NCBI GenBank assembly: GCA_037144195.1 | Contig: JBAWXG010000001.1 | Location: forward strand, 3,569-67,568 | Source: Synechococcus sp. ELA057 | GTDB lineage: Bacteria > Cyanobacteriota > Cyanobacteriia > PCC-6307 > Cyanobiaceae | Direction of reading: 5' to 3' | DNA length: 64,000 nt | In this document: one piece after another, positions 9,721 through 19,122 of the stretch | Position numbering within the stretch: position 1 is the first letter of the stretch | How the letters are laid out: each line of letters starts with the position of its first letter | Translations under genes and position numbers: made by a program | Notes under the pieces: generated by a model | What the model saw: the letters and a program-made list of their open reading frames with translations, nothing else | Told to the model about the DNA's origin: nothing | Database searches by the model: none

Positions 9721-9797
9721 TTGTTAAATCTTGGCAGCCAGCGCTCCAGCTCCACCAGGCACTGGCCAGGGTGAAGGGATGTCCCGCGGTAATTACC

Positions 9798-10187
9798 GTG
9801 GCCGTCAACCCGCAAGCGCTGAAACGGACCCCCTCGGCAGCCGGCAGGCTGAGGCGCGCGGCCACGAGGCTGGGGCTTGTGACGCTGGTTGGCGCTGCAC
9901 TGCTCTCCCACCTCGCCGCCGCAGCAGCCGAGCCATTGAAAGTCTCGCTGCAGTGCCGGCTGGGCCAGGGGCCCTGGCAGCCGTGCCGCATGCAGATCGA
10001 GGATGTGGGGATGCGCTGGGAGCTGCGGATCGGCAACAGGCGCATCGGCTTCCGCCACACCGGAGACGGTGCCGTTCACATGCGCCTCAGTCAGGGCGAC
10101 TGGCGACCGGTATCCGCCCACTGGCAGGCTGACGCCACCCTCTGCTGGGATGGGGTCTGCGCCAGAGGCGACATCCCGCTCGACTGA
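9798..10187 (+). CDS. Hypothetical exported Cys/Trp-rich protein; start uncertain
   Basis: Signal-like RRAATRLGLVTLVGAALLSHLAAAAA followed by CRLGQGPWQPC...LCWDGVCARGDIPLD. Confidence 0.6.
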   Translation: MAVNPQALKRTPSAAGRLRRAATRLGLVTLVGAALLSHLAAAAAEPLKVSLQCRLGQGPWQPCRMQIEDVGMRWELRIGNRRIGFRHTGDGAVHMRLSQGDWRPVSAHWQADATLCWDGVCARGDIPLD

Positions 10188-11345
10188 TCACCCCAAGGCC
10201 GCCGCAGAGGCAGCGATCTCAGCCGGCAGCGGCTCCAGCGCATCGCTGAGCGAAGCGGCGCTGCTCGCAGGCACCAGCAGCACCAGCTCCAGCCCCTGCT
10301 GGGCAGAGTCCGTGGCGCCAGCGGCCTCGTACCAACACTCCAGCCGCGGGCCGACGGCCTGAATCTGCAGCGGCAGGGCCTTGCCAGGCTCCAGCAGCCG
10401 CCCCTTGAGACGCAGGATCGGCTGGTTCCTGATCAGCTGCCGCAGCCAGGCCTCGACCGTGGCGCGGTCCCAGCGGCCCTGACGACGCAGCAGCAGCGAT
10501 GTGATCTCCGCATGGCTGTGATCGTGATGGCTGTGATCGTGATGGCTGTGATCGTGGTGATGGTCACCGCCATGGTCATGGTGGTCATGGCCGTGGTCGG
10601 GTTCGGAGTCGTGGTCGTGGTCGTGGTCGTGGAGGGTGGTGGCGGGTTCGCCCCCCGGGCCATCGAGCACCAGGGCTGGATCGATCCGGCCGCGCTCCAT
10701 CGCCAGCACCCCAGTGCCGGGCCTCGCCCGCGCGGCGATGCCAGCCAGCAATGCGTCCAGCGCGCCAGGGTCGAGCCGATCGGCACGGCTGACCAGCACC
10801 AGATCGGCGGCTTCCAGCTGATCCTCGAACAGATCCTCGAGGGCGGCGATGTGATCGAGACTGGGGTCAGCGCGACGCTGCGCCTCCACGGCCGCGGCAT
10901 CACCCACGACATGGCCGGCGGCGAGAGCTTCGCCATCCACCACCGTCACCACCGCCTGCACACGCACCCGCGGGCGGATCGAGGGCCAGCCGAAGGCGGC
11001 AACGAGCGGTGCCGGGAGGGCCAGACCGCTCGTCTCGACAACGATGCCGTCCAGGCGATCGCTCCGCTCCAGCAGCTGCTCCATGGTGGGCAGGAAGTCC
11101 TCCTGCACAGTGCAGCAGAGGCAGCCATTGGTGAGCTCCACCACCCGCTCACTGCGCTCCTCCTCAGGGCAGAAGCCGCAGGCGGCGATCAGGTCGCCGT
11201 CGATGCCCACATCGCCGAATTCATTGACCAGAACGGCCAGGCGCTGGCCGCTGTGAAGCAGCAGATGGCGCAGCAGGGTGGTCTTGCCGGCACCAAGAAA
11301 ACCGGTCACCACGGTGACGGGCAGCCGCGCAGAAGTGGAGACCAT
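10188..11345 (-). CDS. cobW: CobW family (COG0523) metal-chaperone GTPase
   Basis: TGFLGAGKTT, VNEFG, GCLCCT, VETSG, His-rich linker and C-terminal LRLKG...IQAVGPR; lies downstream of a B12 riboswitch. Confidence 0.9.
   Translation of the reverse strand: MVSTSARLPVTVVTGFLGAGKTTLLRHLLLHSGQRLAVLVNEFGDVGIDGDLIAACGFCPEEERSERVVELTNGCLCCTVQEDFLPTMEQLLERSDRLDGIVVETSGLALPAPLVAAFGWPSIRPRVRVQAVVTVVDGEALAAGHVVGDAAAVEAQRRADPSLDHIAALEDLFEDQLEAADLVLVSRADRLDPGALDALLAGIAARARPGTGVLAMERGRIDPALVLDGPGGEPATTLHDHDHDHDSEPDHGHDHHDHGGDHHHDHSHHDHSHHDHSHAEITSLLLRRQGRWDRATVEAWLRQLIRNQPILRLKGRLLEPGKALPLQIQAVGPRLECWYEAAGATDSAQQGLELVLLVPASSAASLSDALEPLPAEIAASAAALG
10512..10630 (-). repeat. Tandem repeats encoding the CobW His-rich linker
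   Basis: 15-bp unit GATGGCTGTGATCGT about three times (HHDHS repeats) plus a GTCGTG run (HD repeats). Confidence 0.85.
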
Positions 11346-11348
11346 GGA

Positions 11349-12017
11349 TCAGGCCACCAGGGCGGACCAGGTCCAGGCGGCACCGATGCCGATCAGAGCG
11401 GCTGCCAGGGCCAGACGGACCTGGGCGGTGAGCGGCGCCGCAATCCGGCGCAGCGCTGTGAGGGTCAGCAGCAGCAGGCTTCCCTGGCTGAGCAGCAATC
11501 CCAGCAGGTAGAAGGCGACCGGGGCGGTGGTCCACCCCAGCACCGAGGTGCTCAGGGCGTAGCCGTGCAGGGCGAAGGCGGGAACCAGCAGAGCCACGGG
11601 CCACCGGCCCAGCAGCACCAGCCCTTCAGCCACCAAGGTGAACGCCACCAGCGCCTCACTGGCCGGCAGGCCTGGCAGCAGCAGACCCAGACAGGTGCCG
11701 GCCAGGCCTGTCGCCAGCAGAGCCAGCATCCAGCGACGGCGATGGCGCAGACCCACCAGGGCCAGGGCCAGCAGAAACAGCAGATGATCCGGACCCAGCA
11801 GGGGGTGGGCCAGACCACTGATCAGGCCTGTCACGGGGGTGGGCTTCAGATGCAGCAACGCCATCACGTGGTGGGCCTGGGCTGGGAGTGCCACCAGGAC
11901 GGAGAGCAGCAGCGTCGCCGGAAGTGCCAGAGCCATGAGGGCGGGGGCCCGGAAGCCCTGCCGCGACAGGAGAGGAGCTGCCTGGGGCCGCACCCTGGGA
12001 GAAGAAAAGGTCGTCAT
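11349..12017 (-). CDS. hupE: HupE/UreJ family Ni/Co transporter
   Basis: Signal peptide ...PAQAHH, then SGLAHPLLGPDHLL and FALHGYA. Confidence 0.9.
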   Translation of the reverse strand: MTTFSSPRVRPQAAPLLSRQGFRAPALMALALPATLLLSVLVALPAQAHHVMALLHLKPTPVTGLISGLAHPLLGPDHLLFLLALALVGLRHRRRWMLALLATGLAGTCLGLLLPGLPASEALVAFTLVAEGLVLLGRWPVALLVPAFALHGYALSTSVLGWTTAPVAFYLLGLLLSQGSLLLLTLTALRRIAAPLTAQVRLALAAALIGIGAAWTWSALVA

Positions 12018-12053
12018 CAGAACTGCCGGTCCGCGCCGGGCTGAGGGGGATGG

Positions 12054-12187
12054 GATCGGCGGGCGTTCTGACTGAGCCCCGAACGGGGCGTTCACAGCTG
12101 CGGGACAGTGGCGGCCTGGCCTCCCGAAGGAGGCGTCACCGCGCTTTCCCCGTTTCCTCCACGGGCTGCTCCCCCGTGAAACCGATC
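12054..12187 (-). ncRNA. Cobalamin riboswitch
   Basis: Minus strand GATCGGTT...GGGGAAAGCGCGGTG...CCGCCACTGTCCCGCAGCTGTGA...AGTCAGAACGCCCGCCGATC; B12-box, P1 closure GATCGG/CCGATC, directly upstream of hupE. Confidence 0.92.
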
Positions 12188-12265
12188 TGAGCGGACTCTA
12201 TGGGAGACCGGCCGGGCGGGCCACGATGGGCGCCTGGTCAGGATCGCGGGGGAAGGGAAGACCGA

Positions 12266-12847
12266 TCAGCCCGCACCACGGCATTCGAGGCTGTCGCGGG
12301 TGGCGACGCCGGTGCGGGAATTGACGCCGCTGGCCCGCTTGCACAGCGCCCTGCGCTCAGCCAGATCGAGGGTGGCATCACTGAAATCGGCTCCTTCGAT
12401 GCGGGCCTCGCGAAAATGGCTCTGCATCAGCATTCCGTTGCGCAGCACCGCATCCGTGAGATCGGCGCCGTCAAAGCGGCTGGCGAAGGCCACCACATCT
12501 TCGAGATCGGCCTGGCTGAGATCAGCCCCCTGGAGGTTGGTGCCGTTGAACACCGCCCCCCGCAGATCGGTCTGGGAGAGGTTGTAGCCCTCCAGGTCAG
12601 CCTTGAGGAATTCCTGCTGACGCAGGTTGCGGCCATGCATGTCGGGCTGGAGATCCTGAAGCGAACGCTGCCCCCGCAGCTCCGGTGCCGTGATGGCCAG
12701 GGCCGGAACGGCAGGCGCCAGCAACAGCAGCACCCCCAGGAGCAGCCCCAGGGAGGCTCCCAGCCAGCGGGACAGGCAGGTCCAGGCTGAAGCCACACCT
12801 GACGGGCCCAGCATCAACTCCGTCTGCCGCTGCTGGTTCAGGTCCAT
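12266..12847 (-). CDS. Pentapeptide repeat protein with signal peptide (lumenal type)
   Basis: A(D/N)LXX repeats, hydrophobic N-terminus ending PALA, and C-terminal LC...GVNSRTGVATRDSLEC. Confidence 0.88.
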   Translation of the reverse strand: MDLNQQRQTELMLGPSGVASAWTCLSRWLGASLGLLLGVLLLLAPAVPALAITAPELRGQRSLQDLQPDMHGRNLRQQEFLKADLEGYNLSQTDLRGAVFNGTNLQGADLSQADLEDVVAFASRFDGADLTDAVLRNGMLMQSHFREARIEGADFSDATLDLAERRALCKRASGVNSRTGVATRDSLECRGAG

Positions 12848-12888
12848 GCGTGGCCGCTCCTACGCTGCAAAGACAAGTTATGGCAGGC

Positions 12889-13560
12889 ATGGGCATGTCC
12901 CTGCGGGTGGTGGTGCCGCCCCACCCTCTGATCGGTCACTGGCTCACCCTGCTGCGGGACCGCCACACCCCCTCACCGCTATTCGCCACCGCCCTGGCGG
13001 AGCTGGGGCGGTGGCTCACGTATGAAGCCCTGCGCGACTGGCTGCCGGAGCGCGTCGTCACCGTGGAGACCCCTCTGGCCAGTGCGGAGGGGCGGGTGAT
13101 CGATGCCGGCGTTCCCCTGCTGGCGGTTCCGGTGCTGCGGGCCGGGCTTGGGCTCTGGCAGGGGGGCCAGCAGGTGCTGCCCCAGGCGCAGGTCTGCCAT
13201 GTGGGGCTCCAGGAGGCATCCGACGGCGATGCGCCCCAATGGTTTCTTGACACCCTGCCACCGGTGATCGGAGAGCGGATGGGGGTGCTGGTGTTCGTTC
13301 CGCTGCTGGCCAGCGGCCGGACCCTGCTGGCCGTGCTGGAACGCCTCGGGGAGCTCGGTGTGAGCGGAGCGCGGCTGCGGGTGATCACCAGCCTGGCGGC
13401 CGCGCCCGGGTTGCGCCTGCTGGGAGAACGGTTCGAGGACCTGAGCATCTACTGCGCCTGCATCGATCCCGAGCTTGATGACGAGGGCCAGCTGAGGCCC
13501 GGATGCGGCGAGATCGCCGAACGGTTGTATGGAACGGTGCAGTCCGGCTTCCTAGGCTGA
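12889..13560 (+). CDS. upp: Uracil phosphoribosyltransferase-like protein (degenerate motifs)
   Basis: LRVVVPPHPLIGHWLTLLRD, LTYEALRDWLP, VETPL and VPVLRAGLG. Confidence 0.8.
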   Translation: MGMSLRVVVPPHPLIGHWLTLLRDRHTPSPLFATALAELGRWLTYEALRDWLPERVVTVETPLASAEGRVIDAGVPLLAVPVLRAGLGLWQGGQQVLPQAQVCHVGLQEASDGDAPQWFLDTLPPVIGERMGVLVFVPLLASGRTLLAVLERLGELGVSGARLRVITSLAAAPGLRLLGERFEDLSIYCACIDPELDDEGQLRPGCGEIAERLYGTVQSGFLG

Positions 13561-13610
13561 GCGGACCGGAACACGCCGCCGCCTCCACGGCGTCAACACC
13601 CACCCCTGTC

Positions 13611-13913
13611 ATGGCTCCATCCAGCGAACGTTCCAGCAGCGGCAGTGGGGTGGTGCTGAGCTCAGCCCTGGCCGGTGCCGTTCTCGGCGCCGCCGGGCTC
13701 ACCTGGTGGCTGCTGTCCACCGCAGAGCGCCGCCGTGAGGCCCGGCGCCATCTTGAGCAGCTGCGCCAGGCGGCCCTGCCTTCCCTGCGGGTGGGCCAGG
13801 CGAGCAATGGCAACGCTGCCGGTGAGGGCCATCTGCATGACCGGGTGCAGCAGCTCAATGCCGCCATCGACGATGTGCGGCGCCAGCTGGAGCACCTGCA
13901 GACCTCCTCCTGA
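13611..13913 (+). CDS. Hypothetical single-TM coiled-coil protein
   Basis: [16 protein letters not shown] segment and C-terminal [20 protein letters not shown]. Confidence 0.7.
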   Translation: MAPSSERSSSGSGVVLSSALAGAVLGAAGLTWWLLSTAERRREARRHLEQLRQAALPSLRVGQASNGNAAGEGHLHDRVQQLNAAIDDVRRQLEHLQTSS

Positions 13914-13978
13914 GCTCAGGGCAGGAGCGGCGGAAGCAGGCCTCGGTAGGTTGCTCGTCAGTAGCGACCCGCCTTCCC

Positions 13979-15649
13979 ATGCTCCGCTCCGCCGCCATCA
14001 CCCAGGGCATCCAGCGCTCGCCCAATCGCGCCATGCTGCGGGCGGTGGGTTTCGGCGACGGCGACTTCAACAAGCCGATCATCGGCATCGCCAACGGCTA
14101 CAGCACCATCACCCCCTGCAACCTGGGCCTGAACGATCTGGCCCGCCGCGCCGAGCAGGCCGCCCATGCCGCCGGGGCCATGCCCCAGATGTTCGGCACG
14201 ATCACGGTGAGCGACGGCATTTCGATGGGCACCGAAGGGATGAAGTATTCCCTCGTGAGCCGCGAGGTGATCGCCGACTCGATCGAAACCGCCTGCAACG
14301 CCCAGAGCATGGATGGCCTGCTGGCGATCGGCGGCTGCGACAAGAACATGCCCGGCGCCATGCTGGCGATGGCCCGCATGAACATCCCCTCGATCTTTGT
14401 CTACGGGGGCACGATCAAGCCGGGAAAACTGGGGGCCTGCGATCTCACCGTGGTCAGCGCCTTTGAGGCTGTGGGCCAGTACAGCGGCGGCAGGATCGAC
14501 GAGCAGGAACTCACCGCCATCGAGAAGAACGCCTGTCCCGGCGCCGGCAGCTGCGGGGGCATGTTCACCGCCAACACGATGAGTGCCGCCTTCGAGGCCA
14601 TGGGTCTGAGCCTGCCAGGAAGCTCCACCATGGCTGCCGAGGATCCTGAGAAGGCCGAATCAGCCGCCCGCAGCGCCGAGGTGCTGACTGCGGCGATCCA
14701 GGCCGAGATCCGCCCCCGCGACCTGATGACGCGCGAGGCCTTTGAAAACGCCATCAGCGTGATCATGGCCGTGGGCGGCTCCACCAACTCGGTGCTGCAT
14801 CTGCTGGCCGTCGCCCGCACCGCCGGGGTGCAACTGAGCATCGACGACTTCGAAACCATCCGCCAGCGGGTGCCGGTCATCTGCGATCTCAAGCCCAGCG
14901 GCCGCTACGTGACCGTGGATCTGCACCGTGCCGGAGGCATCCCCCAGGTGATGAAGCAACTGCTGGATGCCGGCCTGCTCCATGGCCATTGCAAGACCAT
15001 CGAAGGCAAAACCCTCGACCAGGTGCTGGCGGAGGTTCCCTCCGAACCGCCGGCCGGCCAGGATGTGATCCGGCCGCTGAGCGATCCCCTCTACGCCAAG
15101 GGGCACCTGGCGATCCTCAAGGGGAACCTGGCCGAGGAGGGTGCCGTGGCCAAGATCAGCGGCGTCAAGAACCCTCAGGTCACCGGCCCAGCCCGGGTGT
15201 TCGAGAGCGAGGAGAGCTGCCTGGCCGCGATCCTGGCCAAAGGCATCCACGAAGGGGATGTGGTGGTGATCCGCAACGAGGGTCCGGTGGGGGGGCCCGG
15301 CATGCGCGAGATGCTCGCCCCGACGGCCGCGATCATCGGCGAAGGGCTGGGAGACAAGGTGGCTCTGATCACCGACGGGCGCTTCAGTGGCGGCACCTAC
15401 GGCATGGTTGTGGGCCACGTGGCGCCGGAGGCCGCGGTGGGTGGCACCATCGGCCTGGTGCAAGAGGGGGACAGCATCACGGTGGATGCCCACCAGCTGC
15501 TGATCCAGCTCAATGTGGATGAAGCCGAGATCGCCCGTCGCCGCGCCGCCTGGGTCAGGCCCGAACCGCGCTACCGCACCGGCGTGCTCGGGAAGTACGC
15601 CCGGCTGGTGAGCAGCAGCAGCCTCGGGGCGGTCACCGATCAGGTCTGA
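13979..15649 (+). CDS. ilvD: Dihydroxy-acid dehydratase
   Basis: [42 protein letters not shown] and TDGRFSG. Confidence 0.97.
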   Translation: MLRSAAITQGIQRSPNRAMLRAVGFGDGDFNKPIIGIANGYSTITPCNLGLNDLARRAEQAAHAAGAMPQMFGTITVSDGISMGTEGMKYSLVSREVIADSIETACNAQSMDGLLAIGGCDKNMPGAMLAMARMNIPSIFVYGGTIKPGKLGACDLTVVSAFEAVGQYSGGRIDEQELTAIEKNACPGAGSCGGMFTANTMSAAFEAMGLSLPGSSTMAAEDPEKAESAARSAEVLTAAIQAEIRPRDLMTREAFENAISVIMAVGGSTNSVLHLLAVARTAGVQLSIDDFETIRQRVPVICDLKPSGRYVTVDLHRAGGIPQVMKQLLDAGLLHGHCKTIEGKTLDQVLAEVPSEPPAGQDVIRPLSDPLYAKGHLAILKGNLAEEGAVAKISGVKNPQVTGPARVFESEESCLAAILAKGIHEGDVVVIRNEGPVGGPGMREMLAPTAAIIGEGLGDKVALITDGRFSGGTYGMVVGHVAPEAAVGGTIGLVQEGDSITVDAHQLLIQLNVDEAEIARRRAAWVRPEPRYRTGVLGKYARLVSSSSLGAVTDQV

Positions 15650-15669
15650 GCCTTGAGCGGCAGCCAGGA

Positions 15670-16104
15670 TCAGGCCTGCAGAGCTCCCGATCCCGCCACC
15701 AGCAACGACCGCAGGCGGCGCCCCAGGGCCTCGATCGCCACGCCCTCCGCCGGCGCACCGCAGCGTGAGCCGGCCGCATCCATCCAGACCGGGTGGCTGC
15801 CCTGCCACAACATCGGACGCCCCTCATCGAGACACCAGGCCAGGGTGAGGTTGAGGTCACTGCCGCTGGGGTAGATCTCCAGCTCCAGATCCTCATCCGG
15901 GCAGCGCTGGCCCTCAGCATCACGGGCCTCCAGCCTCAGGGTGATCTCCCCTCGTTGGGGATCCCATCCGCCGCAGGAGTCTCCTTCTTCCGAGACAAGC
16001 ACCACCCCGTGGCGCAGGGGCTTGCGGCATAGATCGGCGGCAGCGGCGATCAGGCGGATCCAATCGGTGTTGGCGCCCAGGCTGTCAGGTTCAGGCGACG
16101 GCAT
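15670..16104 (-). CDS. Conserved picocyanobacterial hypothetical protein
   Basis: ADLCRKPLRHGV, LELEIYPSG and PMLWQGSHPVWMD; fits the gap in the minus-strand operon. Confidence 0.7.
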   Translation of the reverse strand: MPSPEPDSLGANTDWIRLIAAAADLCRKPLRHGVVLVSEEGDSCGGWDPQRGEITLRLEARDAEGQRCPDEDLELEIYPSGSDLNLTLAWCLDEGRPMLWQGSHPVWMDAAGSRCGAPAEGVAIEALGRRLRSLLVAGSGALQA

Positions 16105-16645
16105 CGATGCAGCGGATCACCAGATGGATCGGGCCTGGACGGTAGCCGGGGTTGGGTGTGCCGTCGTCACCGAAGCGGGAGTGCAGCAGCTGCATCCGGG
16201 TGATGCGGGCTGGATCAAACCGCAACGGCAGACCCAGGGGCAGACTCTCAATCGGCTGGGCCCGTAGCGAGGGGGTGAGCGCATCGAAGGGGATACGCAC
16301 ACGGCAGAACCCCTCAACGCCGGTGGTGAACTGCTTCACCCAGCGCAATCCACCGGGAATCAGCTCTGTGAGCCCGGCGACGCCATCCGCACAGGCCAGA
16401 GCCAATTTGAAGCTGCGACCCTCTCCGGCGAGTTCAAGCTCCAGCGCTCCATGGGCCGATAGATCCAGCGGCGGCGAGAACAGGGGCGATCTGACGCTGA
16501 TGAACCCCCCGCCCTCGCTCACCACAACCCCGTCAAAGTCGAGGCCGAAGGCACCGCAGCGGCAGCTGCCCCTGCTGCGGCCGCCCATGATCGTGTCGTT
16601 GAGGGCCTGCCAGCCGGCAAAGCCCTCGCCACTCACCACCTGCAT
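16091..16645 (-). CDS. CIA30 family (complex I intermediate-associated) protein
   Basis: WQALNDTIMGGRS, VSEGGGFISVRS and RIPFDAL. Confidence 0.85.
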   Translation of the reverse strand: MQVVSGEGFAGWQALNDTIMGGRSRGSCRCGAFGLDFDGVVVSEGGGFISVRSPLFSPPLDLSAHGALELELAGEGRSFKLALACADGVAGLTELIPGGLRWVKQFTTGVEGFCRVRIPFDALTPSLRAQPIESLPLGLPLRFDPARITRMQLLHSRFGDDGTPNPGYRPGPIHLVIRCIDAVA

Positions 16646-16709
16646 ACCCGTTGCGTCCAGGGGCCACCAGCTTGGCGCCCGCAGCAGCCAGCGGGGGAGC
16701 ACCCATGCC

Positions 16710-17435
16710 TCAGGCGGAAGGCAGCTCCAGCCCCTCACCGGCGGCCGCATCGACGAGCACCAGCACCTCGGTGGCGGGTTGCACCAGCCGGGCGGGGGTG
16801 CGCTCAGGCGGCTCCGCCGGATCGAACAGCCGCTGCAGGGCCTGGCGCTTTCCGGCGCCGCTCACCAGGAAGATCACCTGACGCGCCGCGCTGAGCACTG
16901 GTGCGGTGAGGGTGATGCGGGGGAGGCCCTTGCCTTCGGAGACGGTGACCCAGCGATCGCTGACAGCGAGGGATGCGGTGCCCGGGAACAGCGACGCGGT
17001 GTGGCCGTCATCGCCGAGGCCGAGAAGCACCAGATCGAGCTGGGGCGGAGAGCCCGGACAGAGCTCAGCCAGCTCAGCGGCGAAGCGCTCGGCACTGGCT
17101 TGCGGCGAGGCGTCCAGGGTCGGCACCGGATGGAAGCAGGCGGCGCCGGCGGGAATCTGAGCCAGCAGCGTCTCCCGCAGCATGCGGGCATTGCTGGCCT
17201 CATCGGCAGGATCCACCCAGCGCTCATCCCCGAGCAGCACATCCACCCGCGACCAGGGCAGATGCTCACGCCCGAGCCGCTCATAGGCCGGTTTCGGGGT
17301 GGAGCCTCCGGCCAGGGCGATCTGGGCCCGGTCGCGCTGCGCCAGAGCCAGATCAATGCAGGAGGCGATGCGCTCGGCACACTGGCGGGCCAGATCCTCG
17401 GGCGAGGCGGCCACGATCAGGCGATGGCGCGTCAT
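16710..17435 (-). CDS. pgl: 6-phosphogluconolactonase
   Basis: ALAGGSTP, GDERWV, LGLGDDGHTASLFP and RITLT. Confidence 0.95.
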   Translation of the reverse strand: MTRHRLIVAASPEDLARQCAERIASCIDLALAQRDRAQIALAGGSTPKPAYERLGREHLPWSRVDVLLGDERWVDPADEASNARMLRETLLAQIPAGAACFHPVPTLDASPQASAERFAAELAELCPGSPPQLDLVLLGLGDDGHTASLFPGTASLAVSDRWVTVSEGKGLPRITLTAPVLSAARQVIFLVSGAGKRQALQRLFDPAEPPERTPARLVQPATEVLVLVDAAAGEGLELPSA

Positions 17436-18865
17436 TCCAGCCACTCGGTGTGGAAGGTTCCAGGACGATCGACCCGCTCGTAGGTGTGGGAGCCGAAGCA
17501 ATCGCGCATCGCCTGCACCAGGTTCTGGGGCAGGCGACCGGTGCCGTAGCTGCTGATGTAATCGAGGCTGCTGCTGAAGCAGGGGACCGGGATCCCGGCC
17601 TCTGCCGCACCGGCCACCACCTGACGCAGACCGCCGATGCGACGGTTGATCTGCTCGGCGAACCAGGGGTCCACCATCAGATTGGGCAGGCTGGGATTGG
17701 CGTTGTAGGCATCCTGGATGCGTTGCAGCAGGCGGGCGCGGATGATGCAGCCCCCCTTCCAGATGCGACCGATCTCAGGGAAGTGGAGCGCGTAGTTGTG
17801 CAGGGTGGAGGCTTCCTGCAACAGGGCCATGCCCTGGGCGTAGCTGGCGATGCAGGCCAGGATCGTGGCGTCGCGCAGCGGACCCATGCCCGTGGCGGGG
17901 TCCCCCAGATCGAAGCTGCGGGTGGGCAACTGAGCCGGACGCACCGCAGGCAGGATCGCCTCGGCCGCCAGGCGCTCGGGCCGCAGCGAGCTGAGCACGC
18001 GGGCATTGAGGGCGGCATAGATGGTGGGCACAGACACCCCCATCTCCAGGGCGCTGATCACGGTCCAGAGGCCGGTGCCCTTCTGACCGGCCGCATCGAC
18101 GATGAACTCCACCAGATCCGAACCGGTTTCAGGCTCGCGGGTGCGCAGGCAGACCTCGGTGATTTCCACCAGGAAGGAGGAGAGCTCCTCCAACTGGTTC
18201 CAGCCGCCCAGCACATCCGCCATGGCGATGCCGCCCATGCCGGCGACCCGCTTCATCAGGTCGTAGGCCTCCGCCAGGATCTGTTCGATCCCGTACTCGA
18301 TGCCGTTGTGCACGGTCTTGACGAAATGGCCGGCACCGCCGGGGCCGATGTAGGTGACGCAGGCGCCATCGCTCACCTTGGCGGCCATCGCGGTGAGCAG
18401 GCTTTCGATCGCGTCGTAGGCGCTGCGGGTGCCGCCGGGCATCATCGAGGGTCCCTCGAGAGCCCCCTTGGCGCCTCCGGAGACGCCCATGCCGATGAAG
18501 CCGAAGCTCTGGGACTCCAGCTGGGCAACACGCCGTTCGGTGTCGGCATAAAGGGAGTTGCCGCCATCGATCAGCAGGTCACCCTCCTCGAGCAAGGGCG
18601 AAAGCGTGGCGATCATGTCGTCCACCGGCTGGCCCGCCTTGACCATCACCAGGATGCGGCGCGGTCGCTCCAGGGCGGCGACGAACTGCTCGAGGGTTTC
18701 CGCACCCACGATGTCCTTGCCGGCGCCACGGCCCGCCAGGAATTCCAGGGTCTTGGCGTAGGTGCGGTTGTAGACGACGCTTGAAAATCCGTTGCGTTCG
18801 GCGTTGAGGACGAGGTTTTCACCCATCACACCGAGGCCGATCAGACCGAAATGAGCCTTGCTCAT
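17432..18865 (-). CDS. gnd: 6-phosphogluconate dehydrogenase (NADP)
   Basis: GLIGLGVMG, DGGNS, GVSGG, HFVKTVHNGIEY and QAMRDCFGSHTYER. Confidence 0.97.
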   Translation of the reverse strand: MSKAHFGLIGLGVMGENLVLNAERNGFSSVVYNRTYAKTLEFLAGRGAGKDIVGAETLEQFVAALERPRRILVMVKAGQPVDDMIATLSPLLEEGDLLIDGGNSLYADTERRVAQLESQSFGFIGMGVSGGAKGALEGPSMMPGGTRSAYDAIESLLTAMAAKVSDGACVTYIGPGGAGHFVKTVHNGIEYGIEQILAEAYDLMKRVAGMGGIAMADVLGGWNQLEELSSFLVEITEVCLRTREPETGSDLVEFIVDAAGQKGTGLWTVISALEMGVSVPTIYAALNARVLSSLRPERLAAEAILPAVRPAQLPTRSFDLGDPATGMGPLRDATILACIASYAQGMALLQEASTLHNYALHFPEIGRIWKGGCIIRARLLQRIQDAYNANPSLPNLMVDPWFAEQINRRIGGLRQVVAGAAEAGIPVPCFSSSLDYISSYGTGRLPQNLVQAMRDCFGSHTYERVDRPGTFHTEWLE

Positions 18866-18984
18866 GGGGGGGCTTGGGAGGGTCTGGCGGAAGTCTGGCC
18901 AGGGGTGGCGTTTCAGACATCCCACCGGCGCTCCCTTGTCAGGATGCGCTGGTGAGCCGCCGGAGCGATGCCGAGCACCGGCCG

Positions 18985-19032
18985 TCAGAGCGGGAATTGT
19001 TCAGAGCCGAAATCCCTCAGAGCGGCAAGCCT
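18985..19032. repeat. Three 16-bp degenerate direct repeats (TCAGAGCSGNAA core)
   Basis: Units start at 18985, 19001 and 19017: TCAGAGCGGGAATTGT, TCAGAGCCGAAATCCC and TCAGAGCGGCAAGCCT. Confidence 0.75.
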
Positions 19033-19071
19033 TCGGGTGCAGGCCACGCAGAGCAAGGGCTGCACCCGAGG
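19030..19071 (-). terminator. GC-rich hairpin downstream of glgC (terminator or stabiliser)
   Basis: CCT(T)CGGGTGCAG...CTGCACCCGAGG inverted repeat; no clear U-tract. Confidence 0.5.
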
Positions 19072-19122
19072 ACCAGCCCCGCCGTCTTCGGACGAGGCAG
19101 GATCCGGAGCGACAGGGAGGGA

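Noticed and set aside
18985-19032. Possible mini-CRISPR
   Set aside because: The period is only 16 bp, there are no spacer-length unique segments, and no cas genes are present.
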